Below, piece by piece: positions 34,200 through 36,641 of a DNA stretch of 36,641 nucleotides (its first letter is position 1; the number at the start of each line of letters is the position of its first letter). This DNA comes from Conidiobolus incongruus B7586 (lineage: Eukaryota), in assembly GCA_000697335.1 (NCBI GenBank), contig JNEM01012051.1:1-36641 (forward strand), written 5' to 3'. The position numbers and the translations under genes are program-made. The notes under the pieces are model-generated. The model was given only the letters and a program-made list of their open reading frames with translations, had not been told where the DNA came from and did no database searches.

Positions 34200-36229
34200 C
34201 ATTTTTATTTATATTACAATTTTTATCGTGAATTCAATCATTTCAATAGGATTGTTTGATTTGATTATTAAAATCAATAATTTCAAATTTTTGATATTAA
34301 CTATTTTATTTTAATGATCACTATAATTATATTGCATTATTAGTTTCAATTTATAAATTTATTAACTAAAAAATTAATTATTACCTAGATTTTATGTAAT
34401 AGTTGGAATATGATACTATATTCCTTATGTAATAATAGAATTTTGGATAATAACTATCTAATTCAATATTTTGTTGATAGACAAATAAATTTAAATAGTG
34501 ACAATATTATCAATAAACTAGCGACTAAATTCAATCATTAGATGATCTACCAATATACAAGATACCTATTTCTTTAAAATTTGTCCTATTATAACTTTGA
34601 ATTTTATAATACTACGTTGTTATAAAAATTAATATAACTTTGATTACACATAGTATCCAAAATATTTAATTTTCATTAATATTGGCATCAATAATTTTTG
34701 AAGGTGATTATATAATATATATTGCAATAATAACTTTCAATTTTTTTGATCAATGACTATTGAAAAAAAATGATTTGACTAATAAACAAATTGTAAATAA
34801 TTACAAAATAGAATTATCCTAACCCCATTATTAGAGTATTTTAATCATATTTCATTCCATATTTGGTGAAAATTTATTAAATTAAAGCATTTATACAAAT
34901 GCAGGGATTTCCGAAATTTTATTCAAAATCACTTAAATAACTAAATAAGTTTGATAATCATTTCGGATTTGATTTAACAGAATAAAACTGGGTACATTAC
35001 ATTTTTTATTCAAAAAATTTAATAATTTATTTAATACAAAGTTTTAATAGATTTTATTTTTTTAAAAGTAACTTACGTGTACAATGAATAAAATATCCGA
35101 AATACAATGTGTAAGTATAGTCTCTGCAGGGACGAAATAAACACAAAAATTTAATTTACGTAATTGAATGACGAATATGTGATTACCCCCACTTGAAACA
35201 TTACATAACAAATTATTACAAACTTAATATAAATACTCACTATTCAGTCGCTAAAATTAATAAAATACTCTAGTGATAGATTAAAATATTTTATTTATAA
35301 TGTACTGTTATTTCCATCCATTCCCTCATCCCAGTGTTCACCCTACTTTATATTCTAATATTGATAGCTCCGAGAATAGGAAGTGGAAATTTTCGTTATC
35401 TGCGCGTCGTTTGTTCCATTGGAGATCTTCGTATTCCTATCGTAAATTGAGCTCTTAATAGTTTATGCCATTTTAAAAGCTAGAGACACTTATTCCATAT
35501 TGAGTTCATTATTTATATAAGGAATTGATAGATTTTTATTTTTATGTGAATAAATTCATAGAATGCTATAATTTATGATGCTATATATGGCTGATTTTTC
35601 AATTATTATAGTATGTATTATTTTTGATTATATTTTAAATTAATTTTCTCAGTTTATGTTGTATCACATAAGAGTTTTAATATTGGTGAAATAATTAGAA
35701 AGAGACAAAATTGAATATAAAATGAAAATAATTTTCTGATCCAAATTTCATTGTTTTTGGTATTCTCATTTTAACCCTTTAGGTACAGCATGAACATGGG
35801 GTATTATTATCCCATGATTATCATTTATTTATTGGTAGATAGCTTAATTAGTGTTAGTCATTGGATGAACGTGATCTTTTTATGATTGGTTAGAGGGTTT
35901 TGGGATAATTAGATCCTATCTTTATATCATTAAGGTTTTTTATAAATATAATGTACTTTTTAATTATTAAGTATATTTTTAATATTTATAATATCTTAAC
36001 AATGGTTTATTATATCAATAATTGATTGAAAATACTATTGAGAATGTCAAAATATCAAATATCATATAATCATTATATTACAATTAATAATAATCAATTA
36101 TTAGAAAATATTAAATACTAGAATATTATTCATAAAATTTCCTTATAAAATTGATCTATATTATTAAGAATTTGGTAATAATATTATTTTTGGTGAAATA
36201 TATTATATTGAATAATATAAAAGGTTTCC

Positions 36230-36641
36230 AAACTTATTATTTAAAATAAATAAATTTTTAAAATATCCATAAATTAAATAAATTTTATTTTAGTAATATC
36301 AATAATTTAATAATTAATTATAATAAGTTATCTTAATATATTTTAAAATCTTAAACTATATAAGCATATATTAATATATATTAAATTATCTTAAATATAT
36401 ATTCATTATTTAAATTAAGTTTTTATTATATATAAAAAACTGTATATTAAATTTATTTAATCTTTTTATAATTAAATTAATATTCAATAATGCTAGGCCT
36501 TAAGTTAATTATTATATTAAAATTATTAAAATTAAATTTAATATATTTATAACCTTAAAAGTCACAATATTATAAACAAAATTAAATTTAATCATAAACT
36601 ACTTAATTAAATAAACAATTTTATGAAGTTAAAAAATTTAA
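36230..36641. other. Extremely AT- and TpA-rich tract, possibly another mutated repeat continuing beyond the window
   Basis: Composition resembles the mutated transposons (few CpA/TpG, abundant TpA); no recognisable protein motif recovered. Confidence 0.3.

Overview
Very AT-rich, gene-sparse fungal nuclear DNA. Zn(II)2Cys6 genes show it is fungal; the 51-64 nt AT-rich introns and the Vps2 sequence suggest, by inference, an early-diverging (Zoopagomycota/Mucoromycota-like) lineage. Intact genes: two Zn(II)2Cys6 transcription factors, a 2-exon ElaA/YjcF-like GNAT acetyltransferase, a 5-exon ESCRT-III VPS2/DID4 gene, tRNA-Leu(AAG) and tRNA-Trp(CCA). There is also a decayed paralogue of the larger TF. 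Much of the apparently featureless AT-rich DNA is dead transposon: a mariner (DD34D) with two related remnants, a full-length IR/DR-type Tc1 element (DD34E spacing), and three to four solo LTRs, one just upstream of a tRNA gene. The most striking signal is that both long DNA transposons are riddled with C>T/G>A transitions, mostly CpA>TpA / TpG>TpA. This is the hallmark of repeat-induced point mutation (RIP), whereas neighbouring genes, the TF pseudogene and the solo LTRs show no such pattern. If the host is outside Dikarya, this points to a RIP-like genome defence where it is not well established. All calls are by eye; no database searches were run.
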